Positions 51,520 to 63,626 of a DNA stretch of 64,000 bases are shown in pieces; positions within the stretch are counted from its first letter, which is position 1; each line of letters opens with the position of its first letter. The notes beneath the pieces were generated by a model. That model worked only from the letters and a program-made list of their open reading frames with translations, made no database searches and had not been told where the DNA came from. Source of the DNA: Dicyema japonicum (taxonomy: Eukaryota > Animalia > Dicyemida); contig RDEW01000006.1 in assembly GCA_011109175.1 (NCBI GenBank), forward strand, positions 1,254,699-1,318,698, in the 5' to 3' direction. The translations under genes and the position numbers were made by a program.

Positions 51520-52240
51520 ATGTTAATATTTACTAACAACAAACTTCTCTCGCCTGCCTGTTCACCAGCCTCCTCTGCGAGGTTCGATTTTGGTTGTTTA
51601 AACAGCTCCGAGAGCGCTTTGTCCAATTGTGCCCTTTGTCCATGTGGCATCTCGGGGTTCTGTCTCCCATACTACAGTCTCTGGCTATGTAAGGTCCGTT
51701 TTAATACTTTGAACTGTAGATAGGCCTGGAGTTTCATATCTACATCTAACTGCTTTAGATAACCCTTGTAGTACTTTGTTGCAATTCTTTCCAAGTCATT
51801 TTTATTGGAATAACGAGAACCTTACAACTAAGCAACTGTTAAAATCTAATAAAAAAATATAATTATAATAACATTATATCAGTGATTACAATATACAAAA
51901 TGAAAAGTTTTGATCATACTTGAAGGAAGATGCTACAAATAAATTACATATCGCATTTACTTTTTTCAATAAAAACTGCACGCAAATTATTTCGCATACG
52001 AAAATTGTTTTTACAAGTTTCATTTAGGTGATTATTTTTTTCATGTTTTTTTATGACCCATCGAGTCGTTTTCCGTCATTTCTGCAAAAGAAAAGACCTG
52101 TTCGAGCATAGATTGATGTTCGGAGTTGTCAAAAGCTCGCCTAACGACTTCGTTCAAACGCATATGTCTAGGAGATCTGCCTGCACTTTTCCAGTGGAAG
52201 AGAAGGTTCACGCAAAAACAGTCAACATAAAGAGTTAAAA
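51520..52240 (-). CDS. Unidentified small spliced gene or gene remnant
   Basis: Two GC-richer open segments (MRLNEVVRRAFDNSE...; DLERIATKYYKGYLKQLDVDMKLQAYLQFK) and a 23-nt GT-AG intron candidate near 51685-51707. Confidence 0.3.
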
Positions 52241-53176
52241 ATAATTAATGATGATATAAAACGGTTAGAAGACTATTTGATTGTTTTCTAATAATTACGT
52301 TAACGAATTGTGTATGAAATAACTATAATAGGTGATCCAATAGAATACGACAGAAGATTAAAACTGCTGGTTAATTAAGCGAATCTCGCTAGCCATCCTG
52401 AAAGGGAATAGCCACGCAGTCAGGGCGGCCGCTATATGACCAATTGTTTACTTTTTTATAAAGATTAAAGTAATAAAAAGTTTGTTAGTAAGTAATTATT
52501 TCATTTCTGCTAAATATGTTTTTGGCTCGTTAACTTCCGACGGATAGATTTTAATGGTAAATCTATAAAAGTTGATATCATGGATTGTTTCATTATAAGT
52601 TCCATCGCCAACATCATAATCTAACAATAAACTAAATAATACTTGGAGAATATTCTGAATGTGAAATGAATATAAAAATTAAAGAGTTCTTAAGTTGGAT
52701 AGGACAAGTTATTCAATTTGATAATTGGTCGGGCAGCTATTCCGAAATGTCTAATTAATTTCATATTATGTTTCCAGGTGGAATAAATAGATGGATTTGT
52801 TTTTCTATCATATTTATTCGATTGTTTTGATAAATCATTGCAAAATCACACATGTGGATAACCTCTCTCTTTCCAACATTGTCATGACAGCAACTAACCC
52901 AGGCTATGTTTCGTAGAAGACTGAGACCATAAAGGTGAAGAAATAGTTTGTCTCGGTGGACAATTCATTTTTGAACAGTAGCCGTGGAAAAGTCAAAATT
53001 TTAAAGAAGCATGTCATTGATTCAGCTAAACAGAATCATATCGCTCGTCGCGAAGAAGAAAAATGATATGATAAATTCAGGTCATATACAGCAAAATCGA
53101 TTGTTACAATTTATGTAGAAGGTTGCTCAATTTCGATATCATTGACCTGAGCGAATTAAAAAGAGATCTTCTAAGG

Positions 53177-53620
53177 CAGTGTTTCTTAACCTTTTTTGAC
53201 CGGCGACCACTTAAGTCTGTTGAATTTTTCTGGGGATTACATGTAACAAACAATACAATAAAAAAACTAACAAAATTAAAAAATCATATTATTCAGAGTT
53301 AGTGTGATTTTTGATCCTGCTATTAAGAAACTACTGTTCAATTTTTGGTACAATGTTGCTAAGTGCAATTCTCATATCGTCTTCCACCTTAGGTCGGTTG
53401 CGAACTTTACTTTTCAGAATAACAAGACAAGAAATTGCCATTTCTCATAATTAAGTGATTGGAAAGGGAGTTATCACTTCCGTGCATTTTTACTTAAGAT
53501 TGGATATTCATTAATAAAAGAAATCCAGAATTCCATAATCGAAAGCGAATCAGAACTCAACTTGCAAATTGCGAATTTCGCAATTCAATCAGCTGTCCTT
53601 GAAAATCAATTTCTCAATTT
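53177..53620 (-). mobile_element. hAT (Charlie/Buster-like) 3' end with TIR and dimerisation domain
   Basis: TIR CAGTGTTTCTTAACCTTTTT; EFWISFINEYPILSK...LKSKVRNRPKVEDDMRIALSNIVP. Confidence 0.85.
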
Positions 53621-53639
53621 CTTAGCCGTCGTACATGTG

Positions 53640-54010
53640 TAAACACTTGTGTAGACACGTTCTAAGTACAAATATTGACAAATCGGTTCAGACATCTGGA
53701 GATCTGCTTCGAATGCTGAGAACCTAAAAATCAAGAAATATTCTTGCCTTGGGGATCGCTACCGATTTACTTTTGTTGCGACCAAATCATCGGGAGCCGT
53801 GGTTTAATGACGGCTGAGTTCTTGCGAGAACTCGGTGAAATGCGTTCCAAAAACAAAAGAAATCAACGAGAAGGGTTATGGCTAAGATAAAAGATTGGAA
53901 TGGCCATAATCCGAAGGAACTCGTTTGCTATCCACGCTGCAAGCTTCCTCAACTGACATTTGTTTAATTGTTAAAAAATTATTTTTTTTTAAAAAAAATA
54001 AATAAAAAAA
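53640..54010 (+). mobile_element. 3' end of the CRE element family seen at 27980-28310
   Basis: Direct nucleotide match including the tail. Confidence 0.85.
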
Positions 54011-54161
54011 TAAAGAAAAAAGTTGAAAATGCAGAAGACCTTGATTACTCAAGAGAGAAAACAAGTAAAAAAAATACTTGGAAGATGTTATTAATAAAAT
54101 CGATATGAACGTGCTGTGGAGTATTTAAAATAATAAAATACAACGAGAAAAGTAATTTTAG

Positions 54162-54720
54162 TTAAAGAATAGGTACATATACATTTGGTCATTTGATATT
54201 TCGGCGTTTAATAACTAATTTGATGACTCCGATGACAACAGTGAGTATAATTCTTATAATTATATACATTTTTAAAATGATTAGAATTTACATTTTTCCA
54301 GGAGTACATTTTTTAAAACACACCGACTCTAAAATTTAGGAAAAATCAAACCGTTTCCAGTATGATGGAATTTAGAATCATCCCGAAAAATTTGTGTCTT
54401 AAATGATGAAAAGTCATATATGTCATCAGAAAAATTTACTGAGAGACAATTATTTGTTTTGTAATTGTATTTTATTAAAATAAATCTAATAAGAAATAAT
54501 TTCAATTGAATAATTGTTTGTATACCATTATTCTTTATAAAGAACATTTGTTAGTGTCCTTTTTAATAAACTTTTTCCATATACTTATATTCGATGTTTT
54601 AATTCAAAATTAATGATTGAGGACAAAAACATTAACAATAACATAAATATCTAAAATAACGCGTCGATGTTTATAATTTTGGTTACTGGTTATATTGATG
54701 AATTTATTTTTTTTTATATT
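54162..54720 (-). pseudogene. Membrane protein family, copy 4 (internally deleted)
   Basis: C-terminal IGVIKLVIKRRN...YVPIL* and shared 5' segment. Confidence 0.6.
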
Positions 54721-54733
54721 TTGAAACAAATTA

Positions 54734-54960
54734 CAGTAAACCCTCATTAATCCGAACTAAAAAATTTTGGATCCCTTTCGGATTGTGAAAATTCGAAAGA
54801 AACAAATATATTAATTTCATTAAAGTTAATATTATGTTTTCACATATAATAATATCTCCATTTTAGCATCTATAATTTATTTGTCGATATAATAATCTTT
54901 ACAAAAAAACAATTTCGTTCTCGTCTAGCACTTCTGTTTTAAATGTGTAAGATTGAAAAA
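54734..54960. mobile_element. pogo/Tc1-like transposon end
   Basis: TA-CAGTAAACCCTCATTAATCCGAAC terminus. Confidence 0.55.
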
Positions 54961-55299
54961 AGAGTCTAGTTTCATTTATTTTTAGCCTAAGTCAGGGTTA
55001 ACTTCTTTCATTAATCAGAAAAGTCTTATTCTATGCTGCAATGTGAAACGTCTTTAAGAATTTAAAAAGTATTCTATCCTAATCCACCAAAATTCTTTCT
55101 GCTTTGGGGGAATCTTTATTCATCGAAAAAAAACATAATAGCCATTTTCGTAAATAATCAAAACAACTTTTTTATGGCACAATCGAATAAGTATTAGATT
55201 ACTAATTGGCACAATCGAATATTGATTTGAGAATGGTGTTAATATCGTAATCTGTTCATTAATTTTTGGAACGACCAATTACGCTCGGTTATATTGGAA

Positions 55300-57573
55300 T
55301 GATCATTTACCAATCCTTTATAAACTCCACCTTACTCCTTTGAGGTCAAGCCTGCTCTACTACAATATAATCTGACAAGAATGACTGAGACCAATTCCAA
55401 AAAAGCATTGGTATATATTTGTGACGTTTTGGGCATTTTTGTAATCAGGAGTCTTCCAAGTTTGATACATTCTTAAGATAGTCTCCAATGTATCAATTGG
55501 TGATTTCAAAATTAATCAAATTAATTAGAAAGTAACGAAGTTCTTAATTAAGTTTCAAACATCAAAGTTACAATTTTGAACAAGAATGGATAACATCGAA
55601 AAATGTAAGTTAGAACGATGATAGATACTTATGATGGTCGACAATGGATCTATTGGTGATTTCGACATTAATAAATTCTATTAGAAATTAACGAATTTTT
55701 TAATTTATTTTCAACACATCAAAGTCATAGTATGAACATTAATGGATGATGTCGAAAAATATAATAATAGAAGAAGATAGATTCTAAAGATGCTCGGCAA
55801 TAATTCAATTGGTGTTTTCGACATTAATCAAATCAATTTAAAATATACGAAATTCTTAATTAAGTAACAGCATATGAAATTCATAATTATGTCNAACAAG
55901 GTACCATTTTTAAAATTATCATCTATCACTAAATAAAACAATTTACCAAGAAGACCCATATAATATCCAAGGAATAGTACAAAATGAATCATTTATCAAT
56001 TCCCTATGCCTATCAATATAATCAACAATTGACTAAATTTAAATTCACTACTACCTTGATGGTGCCATAAAATCCCAAATAAGACAAAACTTCGACACTT
56101 AGATACTTCATCGGGAAATATAAGAGATCAAATGAATTATAGTAATCAATAGGCGTATGAAGTTGGTTTAAGATTGTCTGAATAAACAATGAAATCGACA
56201 GAAACTATAATGAGTTAGCTAAAATACATAATTTGATAATGTCCATGGTTGTATAATGGACATCAAATATTCTAAATCTTTTATGAACTAAAAATTTTAA
56301 AAATCATGACAACCTTAGTATCTCTGCAGTAATTTTTTAAAATAACAAGTATCGCTTCATAAACAAGGCTAAGTTTAAAATAAACTCCAACCATCGATAT
56401 GATTTAGAAATGAAATTAACGCTGATTTTGATTATTAGACAATACCTATTATATACAAACACAATTACATAATTTTTTTAATAACATTAGGATTTTTTGA
56501 TGTTCTCAACAACCGGCAAATAAACTGAATTACACTTTACAAATACCCTCAAAAATCGTCTATAAAGTGAAGGTCGAATATAAGAGTCCTCATCACAAAT
56601 AAAATTATAGTATAACAAAGCAGCTCATCCTTATTCTCGAAGTAAAAAATTGCATTGACCAAATTATTCAAAGAAAAATACGAGTCGATCTACAATTAAT
56701 CATGTTATATGACTTTGTCATTATTTTTGAAAAATTGCGAAATTCGATAAGACAAACTTTTTGAATTCCTCTTTCGAACAGTTCTCTAAAATTCAGTAGG
56801 TAAAATACGGATTTAATAATTTATAATCAATTTTAAATCCAGACAAATCAAAGAATTCTAAATTCTTGGCTAATCTTAACAAAGGTGTGCAATCACATCT
56901 TAATTTAGAGACATTCTTGCTGTCTGTATACGAAAAGTATCTTAATGTAACAAACAAAAAACTTTAATGATTCGGGACTGTTCAGGCTGTTTGAAAAATC
57001 TTCGAAATTGGAAATCATAATATTGTCAAAATTAATTCTTTCGAGTTCTTTAATCAATTTGATTGTGCAACTATAAATTGTTGTAAGATTTCTTTTTTTT
57101 ATTCGAGAATTTGAAAAAAGTTCAAGTGACCTAATTTCACTGAATCCACTTTTAATTAGCAAATGTAATAAGATTGGGTCATCATAATCCAAAAGAGTGA
57201 AAGAATTAACATTATTTGGAGAAAACGGCAGTGGACACGAATTATCAGAAGATACTATCTTTGCTAATTTGATATTTATTAAATTTGGTAGATTTCGGCC
57301 CAAATTTGCTAAATCTTTAATATCAATGGGAATTTTGGTCAAATCGAGGCAATAAATGTTGTAACGAACTTCACTACTGTCATTCAAAATCGAGAAATCA
57401 TCGAAAATTGAAAATATCATCTGTGAATTGAAATCACTAAAATATTCTATCTCATAATATATTCTTTCAGAAATCATCATTTTTGACTTTGAATTTAAGT
57501 TGTTATATTTATTCAAATCAATCTTTTTTCGAAAATTATTTATGCAAATTGAATACAATGAGGGAATCTGCAT
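55300..57573 (-). CDS. Protein with BC-box-like N-terminus and LRR-like repeats; 3' part degenerate, possibly a pseudogene
   Basis: ORF 56905-57573 begins MQIPSLYSICINNF; LRR-like segments IYCLDLT, LPNLINIKL, IRSLELF and LERINF. Confidence 0.45.
55495..55900. repeat. Diverged tandem repeat, about 2.6 x 156 bp
   Basis: attggtg(a/t)tttc recurs at about 55496, 55652 and 55808. Confidence 0.8.
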
Positions 57574-58000
57574 TTCTTACTAAATGTTTGAATTAATTAG
57601 ATTTTTAAAAACTTTATTAATATTATTATCAAAAAACCAATAATTTTTATTATTTTTTATGATAATTTATTTTTTAATGGAATGTTTAATAATTTATATC
57701 TTTATTTTATAAATTATTTTTTTTATTTTTTATAAACAGCTTTTATTCTTTGAAAGTCGAGAACTAACGAAATCTCATGTAGTCATATCTTCACCTATTT
57801 GCACGGAGGGTTTTCTCAAAAAATAATCATTATTTTGTGTCGCCAATTATTATGAGGTTTATTTGTGAGAGGAATCGCCTAAGGGCAAAGCAAAGGCGTT
57901 GTGTTGACAAAATTGACAGGGAATTCATATCAGCCAGAATCAGGATAATGAAGGAAGCAATCAGCAGTATATGGAAGTAGTAGACTGACCGTATATGGAA

Positions 58001-58302
58001 GGCTGGGTGGCATAGTGGTTAGGTGTCGGGCTTATGTGGCTTAGGCTACGGGTTCGGATCTCGCTGCTGTTCACCTGGTGGAAGGTTCCACGCATCTACG
58101 ATGCAGAAAGGGTTTGACGAGTGACGCCGTCATCAGTGGATACTCACTGAGGAACTGGATTGTCTAGAAAGGACCAACACACAAGAAAAAGAAAAAAAAA
58201 GTGAAGATCTAAAATTAACTGTTCTTTACTTAAATAAAGTGTGTGTCCTGCCTATGCGGAGCTATAGATATTATGGCTCTCGTGAAAAGGCTTTATTATT
58301 AT
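58001..58302 (+). mobile_element. Complete tRNA-derived SINE (family A) with RTE-like tail
   Basis: A box TGGCATAGTGG, B box GGTTCGGATC, tail ATTATGGCTCTCGTGAAAAGGC(TTA)n; TSD tatatggaaggctg at 57992 and 58303. Confidence 0.88.
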
Positions 58303-58316
58303 TATATGGAAGGCTG

Positions 58317-59500
58317 AGGCTGCAAAAATTGATATGAAGAATCCCTCTTTTTGGAAGTCTATCAAAAGATAATGTGTCCAAAGTCGGGAGCAGAAAAAAT
58401 TATATTGAATAAACCAGACGGGGGAGTATGCATAACAGAGGAAACACCTTCGATATTCAGGGATCAGCTCTAAAGAATTCAGGGTGTGGATCCGTGGAGT
58501 TTGATCCCTGATGACAAAAAGAAAGTGTCTGCCGATATATTTAAACACTCGGACAGGAACTGCCTATTGCTGATAGTACTGTCAACGTCTTTGAAGTGAA
58601 GACATGCAAGGTCAATGCTCCAGGATATGACCACATATCAATGAAACTTATCAAAGAGGGTCCGGAAATATATTTGACTATCTGCGATGTCTTTATGATG
58701 GGTGTTTACGATTTGGCCACCTCCCTTTAATATGGAAGAAAGCTGTTGTGAAGATGATTCCAAAACCAGGGAAGCCAAAGAGAGATCCGGCAAGCTAAAG
58801 ACCAATTAGCTTAATATGTTTTTCGCGAAAGTGATTGAACGTATTATTTTCGAAAAGGCTAAGCAGACATATAGAAGAGAATGACTTTCTGATTCCGGAA
58901 CAGTGGGGTTTTCGTCCCGAAGAGGCTGTGCAGTTTAATATATTTTTACACGTCCGAGGAATCTTAATACTAGTCTTTTTATTTATGCGGATGACACAAT
59001 CGTGGTGGACACATTTCTAAAATCTTCTATTTCTGAAGGAAGAATGCGGGAGTATGTTGACCAGATTGAGCATTTGAGAGGGCTAAAGCTCTTTGATGAA
59101 AAATCTTGCGCACTCCGAATAAGCAATGTGAAAAAGCACCTGAAACAAGAATACACGCTGGGAGTAAACAATGCACACAGTCTGCGCTACCTGGGGGTCG
59201 ACTATGGACGCGCAGGAGATTACATGGACGATATGAAGGGAATGAGAAAGAGAGCCTTTCAGTCGCTCCTAGGAGAGCTGCAATTAAGAAGAGGGAGAAG
59301 ATCATATCCCTCTTAGAGAAGACTAGGAGAGCTGCAATTAAGCTCTCCTTAAACAAGAAATTGATAGACTTTTTAAGCGAGGACGAAAACAAGCTCTTAG
59401 AATCGATTAGCAGAATTAAGGAGGATCGGATCAATGGTTTCAGGAGGAGATCAGAGATCCAGGACACGTATATAAAGCTGGGAGAAACGTCCTGAAAAAA
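58317..59500 (+). mobile_element. Degenerate Jockey-like LINE RT
   Basis: NAPGYD, WKKAVVKMIPKPGK, RPISL, EQWGFRP, YADD and YLGV. Confidence 0.8.
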
Positions 59501-59759
59501 ATAAAAAAAAGGAGGAAGGGTCTTGGTGTGGAGTCCAAGCCTTATAGGGAGACTCGAATGAAATACTCTCCAGAAAACTCCTTAACTTTTTTGTTAATAA
59601 ATCGTTGTTGTTGTTATTCTTTGGATTGCTCTTTTTTCTTCATCCTTTACACCCCAAATCTTCTATACTATTGACTTATTAAAGGACTTGAGCTTAGTCA
59701 GGTCAAAACTATATAGGTAGTAGCCAAACATTTTTGTAGTCAGATATAATAAGGGTTTC

Positions 59760-60100
59760 CTTTCAGTGACACTTTTAATTGTGATAAGCATTGTCGTATG
59801 ATCACTACTGATATCGTATAGCTCATTCCAACTGGCTATGTGATCTTGATTTGTGAAATGTAAAGTCAGGATAGAACGCCATGCTATTTGTTGAGTAAGG
59901 AGTTCTTGTATTGAATATAGGGATTATTGGGTTATCCACATTCAATAATAATTCGTTTCCTTTGGATTTCCCAGCTTTTTCTTGAACCACATAGGATACT
60001 TAGTATTCAGGTCACGACATAATAATTGGAAATGTGGACATCTACAGTGCAAACTGCAAATCATTGGAGCATCAACTAGGAGGAGTTACATACATTTATC
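59760..60100 (-). mobile_element. Degenerate LINE APE endonuclease C-terminal part
   Basis: DLNTKYPMW and ISSDH motifs. Confidence 0.55.
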
Positions 60101-60249
60101 GTGTAATGTTGCCAACGTTTGTTGAAACTACGATGTACTCAATCAGATTGAGAAGGATTTTACCCATCCATTTAGAAATGTTATATTTATTGGTATTAAA
60201 TAAATAGAGTTTTTTAAGCTAAAAGTTTTCAACTGTTTAGTATATATAC

Positions 60250-60550
60250 GAGTTGAGACAACTGAAGCCATGTGGAAGAAGTCTTCCCTTTTCGAGAATC
60301 TGGGTCGTCTGAGAGCGCATTTCCCCAATGAATTAATTAGTTGTTTTTTACTAAAATGTCCGATTATTAAATCAATCTAAAAATTCAGCATAATCGAATC
60401 AATCAATTCAAATATCAGAGAATATCTGAACCGAGAATTCTTTTTTATATCTCATGATGATGGCAAACTCGCTATGATCGATTTAGGGAGAACAGAAAAT
60501 ACAAAGGACATTTCGTGTTCAATTTCATCGCAGCTGAAAACTCAGTGATT
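60250..60550 (+). pseudogene. Possible protein kinase remnant
   Basis: GKLAMIDLG resembles subdomain VII; the catalytic loop is not intact. Confidence 0.25.
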
Positions 60551-61159
60551 CTATTTTCATAATCGCATACTATTTTATATTCCATTGAATCGTTGATAAA
60601 AAAAGAGGAGGAACATTAGACAAGAGGAATAGTCCATTAATGGCATCTCCTTACAAAGTCCATGAAATAATTTCTCTCAAATCTAGAGTACTTATTAAAA
60701 TTGAGAGCATTTGATAAAATTGGAAATATTATAAATTCTATTTAATTATAAAAAAAAACGAATATTATTTCCCAGATATAATATGTCGCGAGCGCTACTG
60801 CAACTATGCGCTACTTGCAATATCGATTTTTTTTGCTCGAAATTAAACGAGTAGTATTAAGACACTCACAAGTCGAACCATTAGATAATAACATGATTTA
60901 TTCGCAAAACCCCAACTAACTAAACAAGGTAAGAGCCATTAACTAAAGAGGAAAGCCAAGATTTGGGGTCGTCTATATCGGGGCACTCTCATGAGACACC
61001 GTATGTCTCTTCTCCGTAAAAAGCCCCAATTACAATGCGAGTTTCCACAAGCAATGTAATAAATCACCAATTCTTCTCGTTTTCTTTCGTATTCGTCATC
61101 AATTTCAGATGCTAAATCCAATCCATGTGCTTCAATTTAGTTTCATTTATAATTAGAAC

Positions 61160-62680
61160 TTCCATCTGGATCGTGCTGGCTATAGCAACCAGCACTGAGG
61201 CCCGTTCCGAAGAGAACGGGCATTAACAGGGTTATCCTGACTACTTCTGGTTTTTTCGGTGGCTGCCCTCTCTTCTTAAGAGCACCACTCTCTTCTCTGT
61301 GTTGAAGCTTCTACTGTTTCTTTTTAGAAGGTTTCTTATTATATGTCGTATTCCAGCCAGTCTGCCCATACATTCTAAACTCTGACTTTAATTTCTTATT
61401 CGTTCCAATTTTGGAAACTTCACTTTCTCCATTATGGGCATTTTCTCGTTTTAGAAATAATTTTCCATTCGATTCTTTCCTTTTTTGGTCAATTTTGTTT
61501 TTCTTCGCAATGTTAGCTTTCAACAGCCTTGGCATCTTTTCCATATGGATTCGTGCTGGCTATAGCAACCAGCACTGAGGCCCGTTTCCAAGAGAACGGG
61601 CATTAATCAGGGTTATCCTGACTACTTCTGGTTTTTTCGGTGGCTGCCCTCTCTTCTTAAGAGCACCACTCTCTTCTCTGTGTTGAAGCTTCTACTGTTT
61701 CTTTTTTAGAAGGTTTCTTATTATTTCGTATTCCAGCCAGTCTGCCCATACATTCTAAACTCTGACTTTAATTTCTTATTCGTTCCAATTTTGGAAACTT
61801 TACTTTCTCCATTATGGGCATTTTCTCGTTTTAGAAATAATTTTCCATTCGATTCTTTCCTTTTTTGGTCAATTTTGTTTTTCTTTGCAATGTTAGCTTC
61901 AACAGCCTGGGGCATCTTTTCCATCTGGATCGTGCTGGCTATATCAACCAGCACTGAGGCCCGTTTCCAAAGAGAACGGGCATTAATCAGGTTTATCCTG
62001 ACTACTTCTGGTTTTTTCGGTGGCTGCCCTCTCTTCTAAAGAGCACCACTCTCTTCTCTGTGTTGAAGCTTCTACTGTTTCTTTTTTAGAAGGTTTCTTA
62101 TTATATGTCGTATTCCAGCCAGTCTGCCCATACATTCTAAACTCTGACTTTAATTTCTTATTCGTTCCAGTTTTGGAAACTTCACTTTCTCCATTATGGG
62201 CATTTTCTCGTTTTAGAAATAATTTTCCATTCGATTCTTTCCTTTTTTGGTCAATTTTGTTTTTCTTCACAATGTTAGCTTCAACAGCCTTGGGGCATCT
62301 TTTCCATCTGGATCGTGCTGGCTATAGCAACCAGCACTGAGGCCCGTTTCCAAAGAGAACGGGCATTAATCAGGTTTATCCTGACTACTTCTGGTTTTTC
62401 GGTGGCTGCCCTCTCTTCTTAGAGCACCACTCTCTTCTCTGTGTTGAAACTTCTACTGTTTCTTTTTTAGAAGGTTTCTTATTATATGTCGTATTCCAGC
62501 CAGTCTGCCCATACATTCTAATCTGACTTTATTTCTTATTCGTTCCAATTTTGGAAACTTCACTTTCTCCATTATGGGCATTTTCTCGTTTTAGAAATAA
62601 TTTTCCATTCGATTCTTTCCTTTTTTGGTCAATTTTGTTTTTCTTCGCAATGTTAGCTTCAACAGCCTTGGGATCTTCCA
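61160..62680 (-). repeat. Four tandem ~380-bp copies of a Jockey-like LINE ORF1-end/ORF2-start segment
   Basis: Unit starts near 61161, 61541, 61921 and 62304; each encodes VRITLINARSL and the last continues MEVLIINETKL (APE N-terminus). Confidence 0.9.
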
Positions 62681-62900
62681 TAATTGGCAAAGTGGCTGGA
62701 TGAACCACAATTCAAACGACTTATTATCGTTTTGTAACCGACACTGCGCAATCTTGTATGTGAATCAGAACAAACAAGACATCTTTCAACATATTTTCAT
62801 TAGCCTGCAATATGTTTCTCAACCTCGTTATATTCCTTCGTCTTGTAGCACCAGTGGCACACTTATTCCACTGGTGCTTCTTTATTCCACTGTGAACCAC
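62680..62900 (-). mobile_element. LINE ORF1 zinc-knuckle region, degenerate
   Basis: CHWCYK...H, RCLVCSDSH and NCGSSSHFANYG. Confidence 0.6.
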
Positions 62901-63421
62901 ACTCAAAGAACTTTACCACTGGTGAACCCACACTCGAAATTTTTTAAAGAAACCAGTTTTACTCAAAAAAACATGAAACTAAAATTATATGTAGATTTAT
63001 GTTATGCTTTAAAAATATAAAATTGAATTTATTTTTTAAATTCTTAAATTATCTTACTATTAATAATACTGATAAGCATTCTAAATAATTTAAAAATTAA
63101 TTTCAACAATAAAACTCTTAATTTTTCAATATTTTAAACTATTAAAAATTCCGGGTTATACGATTGTATTCATTTAAGTTTCAATTAAGACAAAAATTCA
63201 AAAAAAAAAATTTTTATTTATAAGAAAAGGTAAGTCACTTCTTTTTAAGCTTTTTAACGCTACTCATGTGGAAGATCTCGCTATGTCCCTCATTTGATTG
63301 AAGTGTCATTCGCTTGTTAGACAATATATCTACGACTTTCACTTTTTCACTGTAGGGAAATTCAAATTTCCCTAACTTTAGCGAGGGATTTGTCCATGGT
63401 CTTTTTTTACGCAAACCTATA

Positions 63422-63626
63422 TAGTTAATTTAGTTAGTTAAGAGCTCTTTTCGCGTGGCCCTAAAATGGGTTCGCTTGAGCCATGATTTGCAGCCATCCT
63501 CCTCGCCCACGCCATCTTGTTCCTGGCCTTCATTCAAACATCATCCAGATCGTCCGCTGTCGCCAATTTACGACTATCTTGTTCGTAGTCATCTTTTAAG
63601 CAGGTTGGAAGTGTGTTTCTTGGTCT
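63422..63626 (-). mobile_element. 5'-truncated copy of the RTE at 1235-2462
   Basis: Reverse complement of about 2255-2465 including the (TAAC)n tail. Confidence 0.9.

Noticed and set aside
51640-51800. NPY/NPF-like neuropeptide precursor (YYKGYLKQL)
   Set aside because: No in-frame RxRF/Y-G-K/R amidation motif or clear signal peptide
58001-58073. Functional tRNA gene
   Set aside because: Acceptor and anticodon stems pair poorly, and it is the head of a TSD-flanked SINE
61160-62680. CRISPR array or repetitive host protein gene
   Set aside because: Units are wholly repeated with no unique spacers and derive from a LINE
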